Of a stretch of DNA of 64,000 bases, positions 38,725 through 48,787 are shown one piece after another. The notes beneath the pieces were generated by a model, which was not told the origin of the DNA, did not search any database, and worked only from the letters and a program-made list of their open reading frames with translations. The number at the start of each line of letters is the position of its first letter. Positions within the stretch are counted from its first letter, which is position 1. The stretch is taken from positions 2,350-66,349 of the forward strand of contig CAIUVD010000326.1 of assembly GCA_903902515.1 (NCBI GenBank), written 5' to 3'. The position numbers were made by a program, and so were the translations under genes. The DNA is from an uncultured Planctomycetota bacterium. Lineage in GTDB: Bacteria; Planctomycetota; UBA11346.

Positions 38725-40079
38725 GTCGTTTCCGGTTCGTTCAGCCGCTGCCGTCGGGCGCCTTCGACCACCGCCGTCAGCCACCCATCGGGGAGGCGGG
38801 CCTCGATGACGGTTCCCGGGGGGGCGTCGGCGAGGCTTCGCACCAGGATTCTCCCCGGGGTCCGAACCACGCTGTAGCCCCGGGCGATGACTCCCAGGGG
38901 ACTGAGGGCGTCCAGGCGGGCCGCTGTGCTGGCCAGGCGCTCCCCCTGACGTTCCTGCCGCCGGGTGACGCTCCGCTGCAGGCGTTGAATGGTCGTCGCC
39001 AGGCGAACCCGAGATGCCATCACCACCGGACGCGGTGAAGCCCCCCGCAGGCGCGAACCGAGCAGGGTCTGGCGATGGCGAACCTGGCGCAGCCGACCGT
39101 CCACGGCGTCCTCTAGGCGGGCCGCCAATTCGTCCAGACGCTGCTGCCGCAGGTGGACCTGGTAGGCCGGACCGGCCAGGGCCCGGTGACTGGCCAGGGC
39201 CTCCAGGCGCTCCCGCAGGTCGGCTATCTGGCGCTCCATGGCGTGGTCGAGGTCCTGACGCAGGTCCGCCACCTGATCCCGCAGGTCCTGTTCCACCGGC
39301 ACCACCAGTTCGGCGGCGGCGGTCGGGGTTTTGGCCCGCACATCAGCGGCGAAATCCGCCAGGGTGGTGTCGGTTTCATGGCCAACCGCCGACACGATCG
39401 GCACCCGACAGGCGGCAATGGCCCGGACCACCGGCTCCTCGTTAAAGGCCCACAGGTCCTCCAGGCTGCCGCCACCGCGACCACAGATGATGACCTCGAC
39501 CCGGGGATCCCGGGCCAGACGCCCAAGGGCCGCCACGATGCTGGCGGCGGCCGACGGGCCTTGCACCAGGCACGGAGCATGGACCACGACCATGGACGGG
39601 AAACGTTCCCGCAGGGAGTGCAGCATGTCCGCCAGGGCGGCACTGCCGCTGGCGGTGGCGATACCGACGGCCCGGGGCAAGAAGGGCAGCTCGCGCTTGC
39701 GGTCCTCGTCAAACAAGCCCTCGGCCGCCAGGCGGGCCTTGAGGGCCTCAAAGCGAGCCGCCAGGTCGCCCGCACCCACGGTTTCGATGCGGGTCGCGGT
39801 CAGTTGGTACTGCCCCCGGGGTCCATACACGGACAACGTACCCCGGACCACCACCTGGGCCCCCTCCTTGGGAATCGGCCCCTGACGGACCACCGTCGAG
39901 CGCCACATCACCAGACTGACGATCGCCTCGGCATCCTTCAGCGTTGCGTAAAGGTGCCCACTGGGGGCGACCTTCACCATCGACAATTCGCCCTGGACGC
40001 TCAGGGTCCCCAGGTCCGTCAAACTGGCCGCGATGCGCTGGGTCAGGGCGGCGACGGTCAGGGGGCGCGGCGTCGTCAT
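38709..40079 (-). CDS. xseA: exodeoxyribonuclease VII large subunit
   Basis: OB-fold N-terminus (SVQGELSMVKVAPSGHLYATLKD), catalytic core, C-terminal coiled-coil. Confidence 0.9.
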   Translation of the reverse strand: MTTPRPLTVAALTQRIAASLTDLGTLSVQGELSMVKVAPSGHLYATLKDAEAIVSLVMWRSTVVRQGPIPKEGAQVVVRGTLSVYGPRGQYQLTATRIETVGAGDLAARFEALKARLAAEGLFDEDRKRELPFLPRAVGIATASGSAALADMLHSLRERFPSMVVVHAPCLVQGPSAAASIVAALGRLARDPRVEVIICGRGGGSLEDLWAFNEEPVVRAIAACRVPIVSAVGHETDTTLADFAADVRAKTPTAAAELVVPVEQDLRDQVADLRQDLDHAMERQIADLRERLEALASHRALAGPAYQVHLRQQRLDELAARLEDAVDGRLRQVRHRQTLLGSRLRGASPRPVVMASRVRLATTIQRLQRSVTRRQERQGERLASTAARLDALSPLGVIARGYSVVRTPGRILVRSLADAPPGTVIEARLPDGWLTAVVEGARRQRLNEPETTYDAG

Positions 40080-40094
40080 GGGTAGCAGATCACG

Positions 40095-40146
40095 AAACCC
40101 TGAAAAAAGACAAGGGCCGGCGATCCCCCTGAGAATCGCCGGCCCT
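40095..40146 (-). terminator. rho-independent terminator for the porin gene (stem gggccggcgat/atcgccggccc; T6 run on minus strand)
   Basis: 11-bp stem read directly; on the minus strand it is followed by TTGTCTTTTTTCAG. Confidence 0.6.
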
Positions 40147-40199
40147 TGGCCCCCGTCCTACGGGAAGAACATGTTGTGGTCAGATCCCGAAGGATCGGA

Positions 40200-41417
40200 T
40201 TAGAACAGCACCTGGTGCTGAACGGTCACGAAGCGGGCCAGACCCTCATCGTTCAGGGCACGGGCCTGATTGAAGGCCACCTGGGTCTTATTCTTATGGC
40301 CGTTCCAGTAGGTGTTGAACACCACACCCCATTCGGTGCCGGACACGCCACCATCCTTGCCGAACTCACCATTGGGATAGAGGTCGGGGCTCTTGCTGGC
40401 AGCGCTGTTGGCGGCCACCGTGGGATCGCCGCTGATCTGGTCGGCGCGCTGGACGCGCAGGCCAGGCTCAATTACTATACCGGCTTCGAGGGGCACGGCG
40501 TAGGCAGCCGTAGCGGACCAGAAGCGAGCTTCCTTGCGGGTGGTGTCGGTAGTGGTGGCGCTAACGGCCGTCGCGTCCTGGGTGCGCAGGCGGTACTCAG
40601 CCAGGAAGGACAGGCCATCCAGGTGGTACTGGAAGTCTGGCCCGACGATGACCGTGGTGGTGCGGGCATTGGCCGCCGTGTAGGCGTCACCATTGCGAGC
40701 AGCCTCAAAACCGATGATTGCGTGGTGGCCAGGGGCACCAGCGAAGGACTCTAGCTTTTTCGCCGGAAGCAAACCGCCCTCGATGCGCGCGCTCGTGCGG
40801 GTGCCATTCTGACGGTTAGCTTCGTTGCCCGCAGGACCCGCAATCGTGGTCTTGTCAGCGGAGGTGTTGTTCTGAAGATCGACACCGAAACGGACGTACT
40901 CGTGGCTCAGGCGGTAGGCGATGCCGGGGCTGCGGGCGCCAAAGCTGTCGGAGACGTTGCCAGTCACTCGGTCGGACGGGAAGATCAGAGTCGAGCTGCT
41001 GATGGCCGCTTCATTGTTGAAGGACTTGTCGAGACCCAGCTTGATCTCGTGCTCGATCTCGCCGGTCTTGAACGCGCGGCCAACGTAGGCGTAGTAGAGC
41101 TGAACGGCACTGCTGGTCTCGGTGGCGGCCAGGTTGTTGGGCTCACCGGCGCGGACGGTCACGTTGCCGGACCAACCGTCGCTGGTCTTGGCGGACATGG
41201 CAATTCGGGCGCGGCGGATGCCGAAACGAGCGTACTCAGCGTTGCCATTCTGGCTACGGAGCATATCGTAGTTGTCACCGTCGGCATTGGTGGCGTAGTT
41301 TCCGAACAGGGCGCGGGCCTGGACAATACCCCCGACCTTGACGGTAAAATCTTCCGCACCCATGGCCGGGACGGCAACACAGGCGAGGACGGCGAGGGTG
41401 GGTGCAAGGTGCTTCAC
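40200..41417 (-). CDS. outer-membrane porin (phosphate-selective porin O/P-like beta-barrel)
   Basis: Signal peptide MKHLAPTLAVLACVAVPAMGA; long beta-barrel with C-terminal ...VTVQHQVLF. Confidence 0.6.
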   Translation of the reverse strand: MKHLAPTLAVLACVAVPAMGAEDFTVKVGGIVQARALFGNYATNADGDNYDMLRSQNGNAEYARFGIRRARIAMSAKTSDGWSGNVTVRAGEPNNLAATETSSAVQLYYAYVGRAFKTGEIEHEIKLGLDKSFNNEAAISSSTLIFPSDRVTGNVSDSFGARSPGIAYRLSHEYVRFGVDLQNNTSADKTTIAGPAGNEANRQNGTRTSARIEGGLLPAKKLESFAGAPGHHAIIGFEAARNGDAYTAANARTTTVIVGPDFQYHLDGLSFLAEYRLRTQDATAVSATTTDTTRKEARFWSATAAYAVPLEAGIVIEPGLRVQRADQISGDPTVAANSAASKSPDLYPNGEFGKDGGVSGTEWGVVFNTYWNGHKNKTQVAFNQARALNDEGLARFVTVQHQVLF

Positions 41418-41698
41418 GGGGTGATCTCCACAGGAGGGGCGGCCTTTGGGGGCCTTGGTGATGACGAGGGATCCTGATGCCCTCCATGAGGTTTTCGTGA
41501 AGAGCAGGCCAATCTCAAGTTAATGGTTTACACGTCAAACCATGCCAATGGACATGGAGGAATCCCTCGTAAGGGCAAATACTTCCGTCATGTCGGTCCG
41601 CGCCATCGCGTCGTGCCGTTCCTGGGGCCATACGGTATTCCAGCTCGTCCGTATGAGACCGCCCCGCCAACCTGGGCAGGCCCCGAACGGACCGAGGC

Positions 41699-42841
41699 TT
41701 AGGGGGTCGCCGGAGCCAGCTTATACATCTCGGACGCCGCCAGCAGGAACGCTCCTTGGGTGTAGTTGATGGAGGACTCCGGCTTCACCCGACCGGGTTT
41801 TTCTGCAACGGCCTGGGCGTATCCCACCATGCCGTCGGGCGTGACACAGGTTTGCAGCCCCGCCCAGGCTTTCAGGGCCGGGGCCAGGGCCCATTCCCTG
41901 GACAACCATCCACGATTCACGCCCGCCAGCAGGCCGAAGCAGAAGAAACTGGTGCCGCTGCTTTCTTTTTCGGGGTACCAAGTCGGCTCATTCAAGCTGG
42001 TGCGCCACAGGCCATCATCCCCTTGGTAGGGCAGGATGCCCTCGGTCATGTCCTGGAACAGTTTGAGGTAGTCGGCCCGCCGGGGATCTGTGCTCGGCAG
42101 GGTGTCGAGGATCCGCACCAATCCGGCGTAGACCCACCCATTCCCGCGGCTCCAATAGACCTTCTGGCCGCCCGGGGTCCGCTGGTCGAAATAGCGGGCA
42201 TCGCGCAAAAACAGCCGGTCCCCGGGGACGTACAGGTGCTCTACCGTATCCCAATACAGTCGATGCAGCAGCGCAAGGTAGCGGGCATCACCCGTGGCGG
42301 CAGCGAGGCGGGTGAGGACGGGCGGGGCCATGTACAGGGCATCCGCCCACCACCAGACGTGGCGACCTTGGAATGGCCGCACCTGGTCACCCGCAGTGGG
42401 ATTATCGGCTTCCCCGCGGGCGATGGTCGTTTTGGCGAAATAGGCCTCAAGTTTCCTTCGAATATCCGCAATGCGAACCGGATCCGCCTGTAGATCGTTC
42501 AATTCGAGATAACATTGGGCGACGCAAATATCATCGGCATGGAAGGGCTTCCCGGTCACCTTCCATCCCGCCTTTTCGGCCCATGCGCGAGCGGGTTCCG
42601 CGAACCGGGCATCGCCCGTGGTCCGGAAGGCCGCCAGGGCCCCCGTGAGGAAGGTCCCGGTCTTCCAGTCCGGGGGCGTCGTGGGTCCGAATTGCTGGAA
42701 TTGGAACCCGGCCACCCGATGCATGAGGGCCGTGAGTTCCGCCCGATCCGGTCGGGTGGCATCGGCGGCGGGAAGGGTGACGAGAAGACCCGTCAGGAGG
42801 AGCACCAGGCTGAGCGGTCGGAAGCAAGCGTGGGTGATCAT
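41699..42841 (-). CDS. glycoside hydrolase family 88/105 (unsaturated glucuronyl/rhamnogalacturonyl hydrolase-like)
   Basis: (alpha/alpha)6 family similarity incl. WSRGNGW and YVPGDRLF regions; signal peptide after M9; the ORF track's TTG start at 42865 is an alternative. Confidence 0.65.
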   Translation of the reverse strand: MITHACFRPLSLVLLLTGLLVTLPAADATRPDRAELTALMHRVAGFQFQQFGPTTPPDWKTGTFLTGALAAFRTTGDARFAEPARAWAEKAGWKVTGKPFHADDICVAQCYLELNDLQADPVRIADIRRKLEAYFAKTTIARGEADNPTAGDQVRPFQGRHVWWWADALYMAPPVLTRLAAATGDARYLALLHRLYWDTVEHLYVPGDRLFLRDARYFDQRTPGGQKVYWSRGNGWVYAGLVRILDTLPSTDPRRADYLKLFQDMTEGILPYQGDDGLWRTSLNEPTWYPEKESSGTSFFCFGLLAGVNRGWLSREWALAPALKAWAGLQTCVTPDGMVGYAQAVAEKPGRVKPESSINYTQGAFLLAASEMYKLAPATP

Positions 42842-43045
42842 TTTTTCAGGTTTGGAACGCTTCAAAAGACTGCAATCGCGAGCGCACTTCCCGCCAGTGG
42901 CGGGTTGATACGGGACATAGGGATCGTGAGCCAGCGGGTAGTGGTTTTCTCAAGACGACACGCCCACGCTGCCGCCACACCCGAACACCACGGATTCCGC
43001 CCGTGTCCGGTCCCCGACCCCCCACGCGCCGAAGGGTCATGCAGG

Positions 43046-44209
43046 TCAGCCGATCAGCTTGCGGTACTCCTCAACGGCGTACCGGTCAGTCATCCCGCTC
43101 AGGTAATCGACGACCACCCGTTGGGCGCCCGCAACGGGGATGCGGGCCGCAAATTCCGGCGGCAGGGCGTCCTCGTGCTGGATGTAAAATCGGAATAAGT
43201 CGGCCAGCATGGCTTTGGCCCGGTGAAAGGTGCGGTTGACCTGATAATGCCGGTAGAGATTGGCGAAAAGCCACGCCTCTAAGCCTTCCTTGGCGTCACG
43301 CATCTGGGCCCCAAGCCCGACCACCTGGTCGGGGCAGGCGCGGATCCCGTTCACGGTCGTCAGGCCCCGGGCCATCAGGGAGGCCCGGGTGTTGGTCACC
43401 AGATTATTGACCAGGCTGTCCATTAAGCGGCGGACCGCGCGATCCACCAGCAGGCGCTCCGGCGTGGACCGAGGACTGGCATCAATGGCCTCCTGCCAAG
43501 CACCGCGCCACAGGGAAACCTCCTGCAGGGCGTCGAGGGTCAGAAACCCCGAACGCAGGCCGTCATCCACGTCGTGACAGTCGTAGACCACGGAGTCCAG
43601 TTCATCAACAAGCTGGGCTTCCAAGAGGGGCGATTCCTCGGGGTGGAAGCGGTCCGGAACCCGGGAGCGGTCGTAGTGGGCCGAGTGCTTGATGATACTT
43701 TCCCGGACCTCGTAGGACAGATTCAGCCCGGGAAACTCCGGATAACGAACCTCCAATTCCTCAACAATCCGCAGGCCCTGGCGGTTGTGCTCGAAACCGC
43801 CGTGCTCGGCCAGTAGTTCATCGAGCATCGTCTCGCCCTGATGGCCGAAGGGCGGGTGGCCCACATCGTGGACCAGGGCCACGCACTCGACCAGATCCTC
43901 ATTGAGGTGGAGGCGGCGGGCTGCCGAGCGGGCCAACTGGGCCACTTCGATGGTGTGGGTCAGGCGATTACGAAAGTGGTCGCCCTGGTCCCAGGTGAAC
44001 ACCTGGGTCTTGTGTTGCAGACGGCGAAAAGCCCGACTGTGGACAATGCGATCGCGGTCCCGGGCGAACTCTCCCCGTTCCGGATCCGCATCGTGGCCGT
44101 GGACACGGCCCCGGGAGTTCCCATCGCGAAATCCGATACGAATCGGACTCAGACGGCCGACAAAAGGCCGGTCGTGGCGTTCCTCCAGGAAGTCGGCGAA
44201 GTGGTTCAC
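43046..44209 (-). CDS. dgt: dGTP triphosphohydrolase-like HD-domain protein
   Basis: RDRDRIVHSRAFRRLQHKTQV, HD motif RLTHTIEVAQL...VALVHDVGHPPFGH. Confidence 0.85.
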   Translation of the reverse strand: MNHFADFLEERHDRPFVGRLSPIRIGFRDGNSRGRVHGHDADPERGEFARDRDRIVHSRAFRRLQHKTQVFTWDQGDHFRNRLTHTIEVAQLARSAARRLHLNEDLVECVALVHDVGHPPFGHQGETMLDELLAEHGGFEHNRQGLRIVEELEVRYPEFPGLNLSYEVRESIIKHSAHYDRSRVPDRFHPEESPLLEAQLVDELDSVVYDCHDVDDGLRSGFLTLDALQEVSLWRGAWQEAIDASPRSTPERLLVDRAVRRLMDSLVNNLVTNTRASLMARGLTTVNGIRACPDQVVGLGAQMRDAKEGLEAWLFANLYRHYQVNRTFHRAKAMLADLFRFYIQHEDALPPEFAARIPVAGAQRVVVDYLSGMTDRYAVEEYRKLIG

Positions 44210-44856
44210 GGAGCGATCGATTCCGCCCAGCGCAGGAAGGCCGCCGGGTCCGCATCCTTAAAGAAGGCATTGCCACACACCAAACGGTCGGCGCCGTCGG
44301 CCACCACCAACGGAATGGTTTGGCGATTAATACCCCCATCGACCTGGATGGGCAGGTGGGGGAAGGCTTGGCGGGTGGCGCGGATGCGCTGACGTACCTG
44401 GGGGATGAAGGACTGGCCGCCAAATCCGGGATAGACGGTCATGAACATCACCAGATCGACCTGGGCAAAATGCGGGAACCACAGTTCCGGGTCGGTATCC
44501 GGATTGAGCGCCAGGCCGACCTGGGCGCCGGTGGCGCGCACCCGCTCGATGGCCTGGGCCATGGTCCGGGGGCCGACGGCCTCGACGTGGATGGTGATGG
44601 CATCGGCCCCGGCGGCTCGGAAATCGTCAACGTACCGCAGGGGATCGGTCATCATCAAATGGACATCGAGGTGCAGCCGAGTGCTGCGGCGCAGGGCCTC
44701 GACGATGAATGGGCCGAAGGTCAGGTTGGGGACGAAGTGGGCATCCATCACATCCAGATGGAGGACCGACGCGCCGGCGGCCTCGCAGCGGGCGCATTCG
44801 TCGGCGAGGTGGGCAAAGTCGGCGGATAAGAGACTGGGAAGGACGCGGACGGGCAT
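44206..44856 (-). CDS. rpe: ribulose-phosphate 3-epimerase
   Basis: ORF trimmed to MPVRVLPSLLSADFAHL; HLDVMDAHFVPNLTFG, VDGGI motifs. Confidence 0.9.
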   Translation of the reverse strand: MPVRVLPSLLSADFAHLADECARCEAAGASVLHLDVMDAHFVPNLTFGPFIVEALRRSTRLHLDVHLMMTDPLRYVDDFRAAGADAITIHVEAVGPRTMAQAIERVRATGAQVGLALNPDTDPELWFPHFAQVDLVMFMTVYPGFGGQSFIPQVRQRIRATRQAFPHLPIQVDGGINRQTIPLVVADGADRLVCGNAFFKDADPAAFLRWAESIAP

Positions 44857-45745
44857 GGCCGGGGATGCTAGACGGGATCGGCGAGACGCCAGACTGCCGC
44901 CCGTGCGCCGCCTGCTTCTGGTCCTGGTCGTCCTCCTGGGCGTGATTGCCCTCACGGGCTTGCGCTGGTCGCCGCGCACCCCCTCGAGTGTGGTCGAAGT
45001 CGTCTGCGGGTGGAATGCCGACCGCACCCAGCCGGAGGACCGGCTTTTGCCGCCCCTGGCCGTGCGGAAGGACGGCTCCCGGGTGGTCCTCGGCACGGAT
45101 GAATTAGGCCGACCCCTGGGCCTGCGCCTGTGGCTGGCCCTGGGCACCAGCCTGGCCATCGCCGGGGCCGGCGCCCTGGTGGCGGTGGCCCTGGGTACCG
45201 CCATCGGGACGGCGGCGGGGCTGGCCGGGGGGCGGATCGACGGAGTCCTGATGCGGATCACCGAGGTCACGGCGGGCGTTCCGGCGGTGCTGCTCATCAT
45301 GGTCCTGGTGGCGGCCCTGCGGGATTGGGGGGCGTGGCTGCTGTTTGCAGGGATGGGCCTGCTGTTCTGGCAGTCCATCGCCCGGCTGGTGCGGGCCCGG
45401 GTGCTGCGTCTGAAGTCGGAACCCTATGTCGAAGCGGCCCGGGCCCTGGGGGCCCCGGCGTGGCACCGCATCCGTCGCCATGTGCTGCCGGGGGTCTGGC
45501 CGACCGTCGGCACCGCCGGAACCTTGCTGCTGCCGCGCCTGATTCTGCTCGAAAGCCTGGTCGCCTACCTCGGGGTCAGCGGCGATGCGACGCCCCACAG
45601 TTTCGGCCGGATCATCGCTGGCATCACCGCCACCCTGACCCCCCTCTCGCCGTCCTGGTGGCCGGTCATCGTGCCATGCGTGGCTTTGGCCTGCGCTGTG
45701 CTGGTGATCAATCTCGCGCTGGATCAGGATGACCTGACCCGTTGA
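44855..45745 (+). CDS. ABC transporter permease, DppC/OppC-type
   Basis: LGTDELGRPLGLRLWLALGTSLAIA N-motif plus EAA-like loop; trimmed to MAGDARRD; no cognate ATPase or binding protein nearby. Confidence 0.7.
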   Translation: MAGDARRDRRDARLPPVRRLLLVLVVLLGVIALTGLRWSPRTPSSVVEVVCGWNADRTQPEDRLLPPLAVRKDGSRVVLGTDELGRPLGLRLWLALGTSLAIAGAGALVAVALGTAIGTAAGLAGGRIDGVLMRITEVTAGVPAVLLIMVLVAALRDWGAWLLFAGMGLLFWQSIARLVRARVLRLKSEPYVEAARALGAPAWHRIRRHVLPGVWPTVGTAGTLLLPRLILLESLVAYLGVSGDATPHSFGRIIAGITATLTPLSPSWWPVIVPCVALACAVLVINLALDQDDLTR

Positions 45746-45796
45746 CCTACCCCCGTCAGGGCCTTCACTACCCTGAACATCCTGCAGGAGCATCCC

Positions 45797-46114
45797 ATGG
45801 CCGCTGAATTCACCGATTCCAACTTCGACGCCGAAGTCCTCAAGAGCGACAAGCCCGTGCTGGTCGACTTCTGGGCCCCGTGGTGCGGCCCCTGCAAAAT
45901 GGTCGGCCCGATCGTTGAAAAGCTGGCCAAGGAACTCGAAGGCTCCTTCAAGATCGGCAAGCTGAACGTCGACGAGAGCACCGCCGTGGCCACCGAGTAC
46001 GGCATCCAATCGATTCCGACCATGATCCTGTTCAAGGGCGGCAAGCCCGTGGCCCAGACCATGGGCTTCCAGCCGGAGCCCAAGCTCCGTGCCTTCCTCG
46101 ACGCCAACAAGTAA
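45797..46114 (+). CDS. trxA: thioredoxin
   Basis: WCGPC active site, 105 aa. Confidence 0.95.
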   Translation: MAAEFTDSNFDAEVLKSDKPVLVDFWAPWCGPCKMVGPIVEKLAKELEGSFKIGKLNVDESTAVATEYGIQSIPTMILFKGGKPVAQTMGFQPEPKLRAFLDANK

Positions 46115-46116
46115 GC

Positions 46117-46890
46117 ATGGCGACGTCGACGATCGGGGTCGGGAGCTTTGCTCCCGGCCCCGATGGTTTTTTCCAGGTACCCCTGGAACGCACGATCCTC
46201 AAGCGCCGCTACCAGCGTTTCCTGGCGGACGTGGAACGGGCCGACGGGTCCGTGGTGACGGTCCACGTCCCCAACACCGGCAGCATGGCGACCCTCAACC
46301 ACCCCGGTTGCGGGGCGTGGATCGCGGCGGCCGCTAATCCGAACCGGAAGCTGCCCTGGACCCTGACCCTGGTAGAGACCCCCAGCGGGGGCCTAGCAGT
46401 GGTCGATACCCAATGGCCCAATCGCTTGGTGGCGGCGGCGATTGCCGTGGGCCGGGTCCCAACCCTGGCGGGATATCCGATCCTGCGCCGGGAAGTCACC
46501 TTCGGTACCCGGGGCAGCCGGGTAGACATCGTCCTTTCCGGGCATGCCACCGCCCCCGAGGCGCTGATTGAGGTCAAAAATGTTACGATGCTGGGGGCCC
46601 CCGGGCGGGCCGATTTCCCGGATGCGGTCAGCACCCGGGGTCAAAAGCACCTCGCAGAATTGACCGATGTGGCCCAGGCCGGTGGGGTGGCGGTGCAATT
46701 CTATCTCGTCGACCGCACCGATTGTCACGCCGCCGGCATCGCCGCCGGGATCGATCCCGCCTACGCCGCTGCAGCGAACGTGGCCAAGGCTGCTGGGGTC
46801 CGCTTCCTAGCCCATCGGGTCGAAATTCGACCCATGGAAAGCGGTTTTGCCCTGGGCCTGGGCCCCGAGGTACCGGTCCTTACTTCGTGA
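46117..46890 (+). CDS. sfsA: sugar fermentation stimulation protein SfsA
   Basis: Family-wide similarity (RYQRFLADV, HVPNTGSM, LIEVKNVT). Confidence 0.85.
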   Translation: MATSTIGVGSFAPGPDGFFQVPLERTILKRRYQRFLADVERADGSVVTVHVPNTGSMATLNHPGCGAWIAAAANPNRKLPWTLTLVETPSGGLAVVDTQWPNRLVAAAIAVGRVPTLAGYPILRREVTFGTRGSRVDIVLSGHATAPEALIEVKNVTMLGAPGRADFPDAVSTRGQKHLAELTDVAQAGGVAVQFYLVDRTDCHAAGIAAGIDPAYAAAANVAKAAGVRFLAHRVEIRPMESGFALGLGPEVPVLTS

Positions 46891-47449
46891 CTTTGGGCTT
46901 TAGGCAGAGTTCCTTGGGCCGGCCGCTAAAACCGCCGTCACCCATTTGATCGAACACCCGGACCACGATCCGATTGGGGCCCGCCTTCAGAAGGCCCGGC
47001 GGGACCGTATACACCCGCCGGAACGCCCAGAAGCCTGGTCGACTTTTATCGGTGCTGCCCACGATTTCGCCATTAATCCACGTCGTATCGAAATCATCAA
47101 TGGAACTGAGGCTCAACTCCCAGGGTTGGTTACCTGGCGAAGGAACCTCAAACGTGCGCCAGAAAACCGCCTCGCCGTCAAATTTGGTCCAGGGGTCTCC
47201 ATAGCTAGTCCAACTCATAGGGACGGTGCGGGACTGGATCTGCTCCGGGGCAGGGTCCTGGCCGCCCGCAATCTGCTTAGCCGCCACTGAAATCCCGGGA
47301 TCAGCCGCCACTCCAGCGTTCTGTTCCCGGGAAACCGGGGCGGTGATCGCGACCTGCCAGGTGCCCGCCAAAGGGATCGCAGAGGACTCCTCCGCCGACA
47401 GCGTCAAAGGAAGCGCAAGCAGCGCGAGAGGAAGGAACGATCGCTTCAT
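46880..47449 (-). CDS. secreted hypothetical protein with galactose-binding-like (GH2 sugar-binding-type) jelly-roll
   Basis: Signal peptide MKRSFLPLALLALPLTLSA; DDFDTTWINGEIVG...NRIVVRVFD pattern. Confidence 0.45.
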   Translation of the reverse strand: MKRSFLPLALLALPLTLSAEESSAIPLAGTWQVAITAPVSREQNAGVAADPGISVAAKQIAGGQDPAPEQIQSRTVPMSWTSYGDPWTKFDGEAVFWRTFEVPSPGNQPWELSLSSIDDFDTTWINGEIVGSTDKSRPGFWAFRRVYTVPPGLLKAGPNRIVVRVFDQMGDGGFSGRPKELCLKPKVTK

Positions 47450-48696
47450 GGATATTCATGATGTACGGAGGAAGGGGCACCGCGTTGATCCCCTCGGACC
47501 AGGAACAGGAGCAACAAACCGGGGACAGCGGCCACGGTCGTAAAAATGAAAAAGCCGGTCCAATCCAACTGGTAGGTGGCTTTGCAGGCACCCGCAGAAC
47601 TGGCCAAGACATCCCGGCCGGCAGCCACCAGACTGGAAAGCAGGGCGTATTGGGTCGCGGCAAAGGCCGGGGAACATTCCTGGGACAGGAATGCAACGAA
47701 GGCCGCCGTTCCGAGGCCAGCCGTCAGGTTTTCGATCGTCAGGACCATCATCAGCCCCGGCACCCCACCCCCCCAGGCCGCCAAACCCGCATAGGCGAGG
47801 TTCGAAAGCGCCTGGGCGATGCCAAAGACCATCAAACACGGGAGCAGTCCATAGCGAAGCAAGGCTGCCCCACCGGCCACCACCCCGAAGGCCGTGGCCG
47901 CCAGACCAACCGTCCCCTGGACGGACCCCAGTTCCGTGGCCGAGAAGCCCGATCGGAGGACAAACGTGGTCGCCAGACTCCCCGCCAAAGCATCTCCAAG
48001 TTTGTAGAAAATGGCAAAGGCGGCGATGATCAGGGCCATCCGCCAACCGCGCCGCTGGTGATAGTCCCGCAAGGGCTCCACCACCGAGGCCACCCACCCC
48101 ACCGGCGGGGCACACGAGACAGGCTCCCGGACCAGCATTGCCGCCAGCACCCCCACCGCCTGCAACGCCGCCATGATCAGGTACGTGGTCGGCCAGGACA
48201 GGTGATCCGCGAGGATGAAGCCCAGTCCTCCCGTCAGCAGCAAGGCGAGCCGATAGCCCAGGACCCCTGCCGCCGCACCAGCACCCTGGGCTTCGGGGGG
48301 CAGGCTCTCCACGCGCAGGGCATCCACGGCCACATCCTGGGTGGCCGACAGCAATGCCACCAGCACCGCAGTCCCCATGAGCAGGGTCAGATCCCCCTCA
48401 GGAGCCCCCCGGGCCATAGCCGCTAGGGCCAGACAGAGACCACAGGCCATCAGGCCCAACCACCCCCGCCGTCGCCCCCCCGGGGGAACCAGGCGATCCA
48501 ACAGCGGCGACCACAGGAACTTGAGCGAATAGGGAAGGGCCACCAAGCCGACATAGCCGATGGCGACATCGCTCAGACCCTCGGTCGTCATCCACGCCTG
48601 CAGACATTTGCCGACCAGGAACAGGGGCAGTCCCGAGGAAATTCCCGCCAGAAACAGCACCAGAATCCGGCGGTCAAGATACGGGGAGACCGTCAT
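47446..48696 (-). CDS. ampG: AmpG-family muropeptide MFS permease
   Basis: 12-14 TM MFS with AmpG-like N-region (LPYSLKFLWSPLLDR); start trimmed to MTVSPYLDRR. Confidence 0.8.
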   Translation of the reverse strand: MTVSPYLDRRILVLFLAGISSGLPLFLVGKCLQAWMTTEGLSDVAIGYVGLVALPYSLKFLWSPLLDRLVPPGGRRRGWLGLMACGLCLALAAMARGAPEGDLTLLMGTAVLVALLSATQDVAVDALRVESLPPEAQGAGAAAGVLGYRLALLLTGGLGFILADHLSWPTTYLIMAALQAVGVLAAMLVREPVSCAPPVGWVASVVEPLRDYHQRRGWRMALIIAAFAIFYKLGDALAGSLATTFVLRSGFSATELGSVQGTVGLAATAFGVVAGGAALLRYGLLPCLMVFGIAQALSNLAYAGLAAWGGGVPGLMMVLTIENLTAGLGTAAFVAFLSQECSPAFAATQYALLSSLVAAGRDVLASSAGACKATYQLDWTGFFIFTTVAAVPGLLLLFLVRGDQRGAPSSVHHEYP

Positions 48697-48787
48697 GGGA
48701 AGGCATGACCGTAAGACCCCTGATCCCCGGTCCATCCCCAGGGATTGGGGCCTCCCAATTCCGGGCCATTCCCCACCATCACCGCCC

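Noticed and set aside
44206-45378. Long 390-aa version of the rpe ORF
   Set aside because: The N-terminal 174 aa are Arg/Pro/Thr-rich and overlap the divergent permease. The Rpe homology begins at MPVRVLPSLL.
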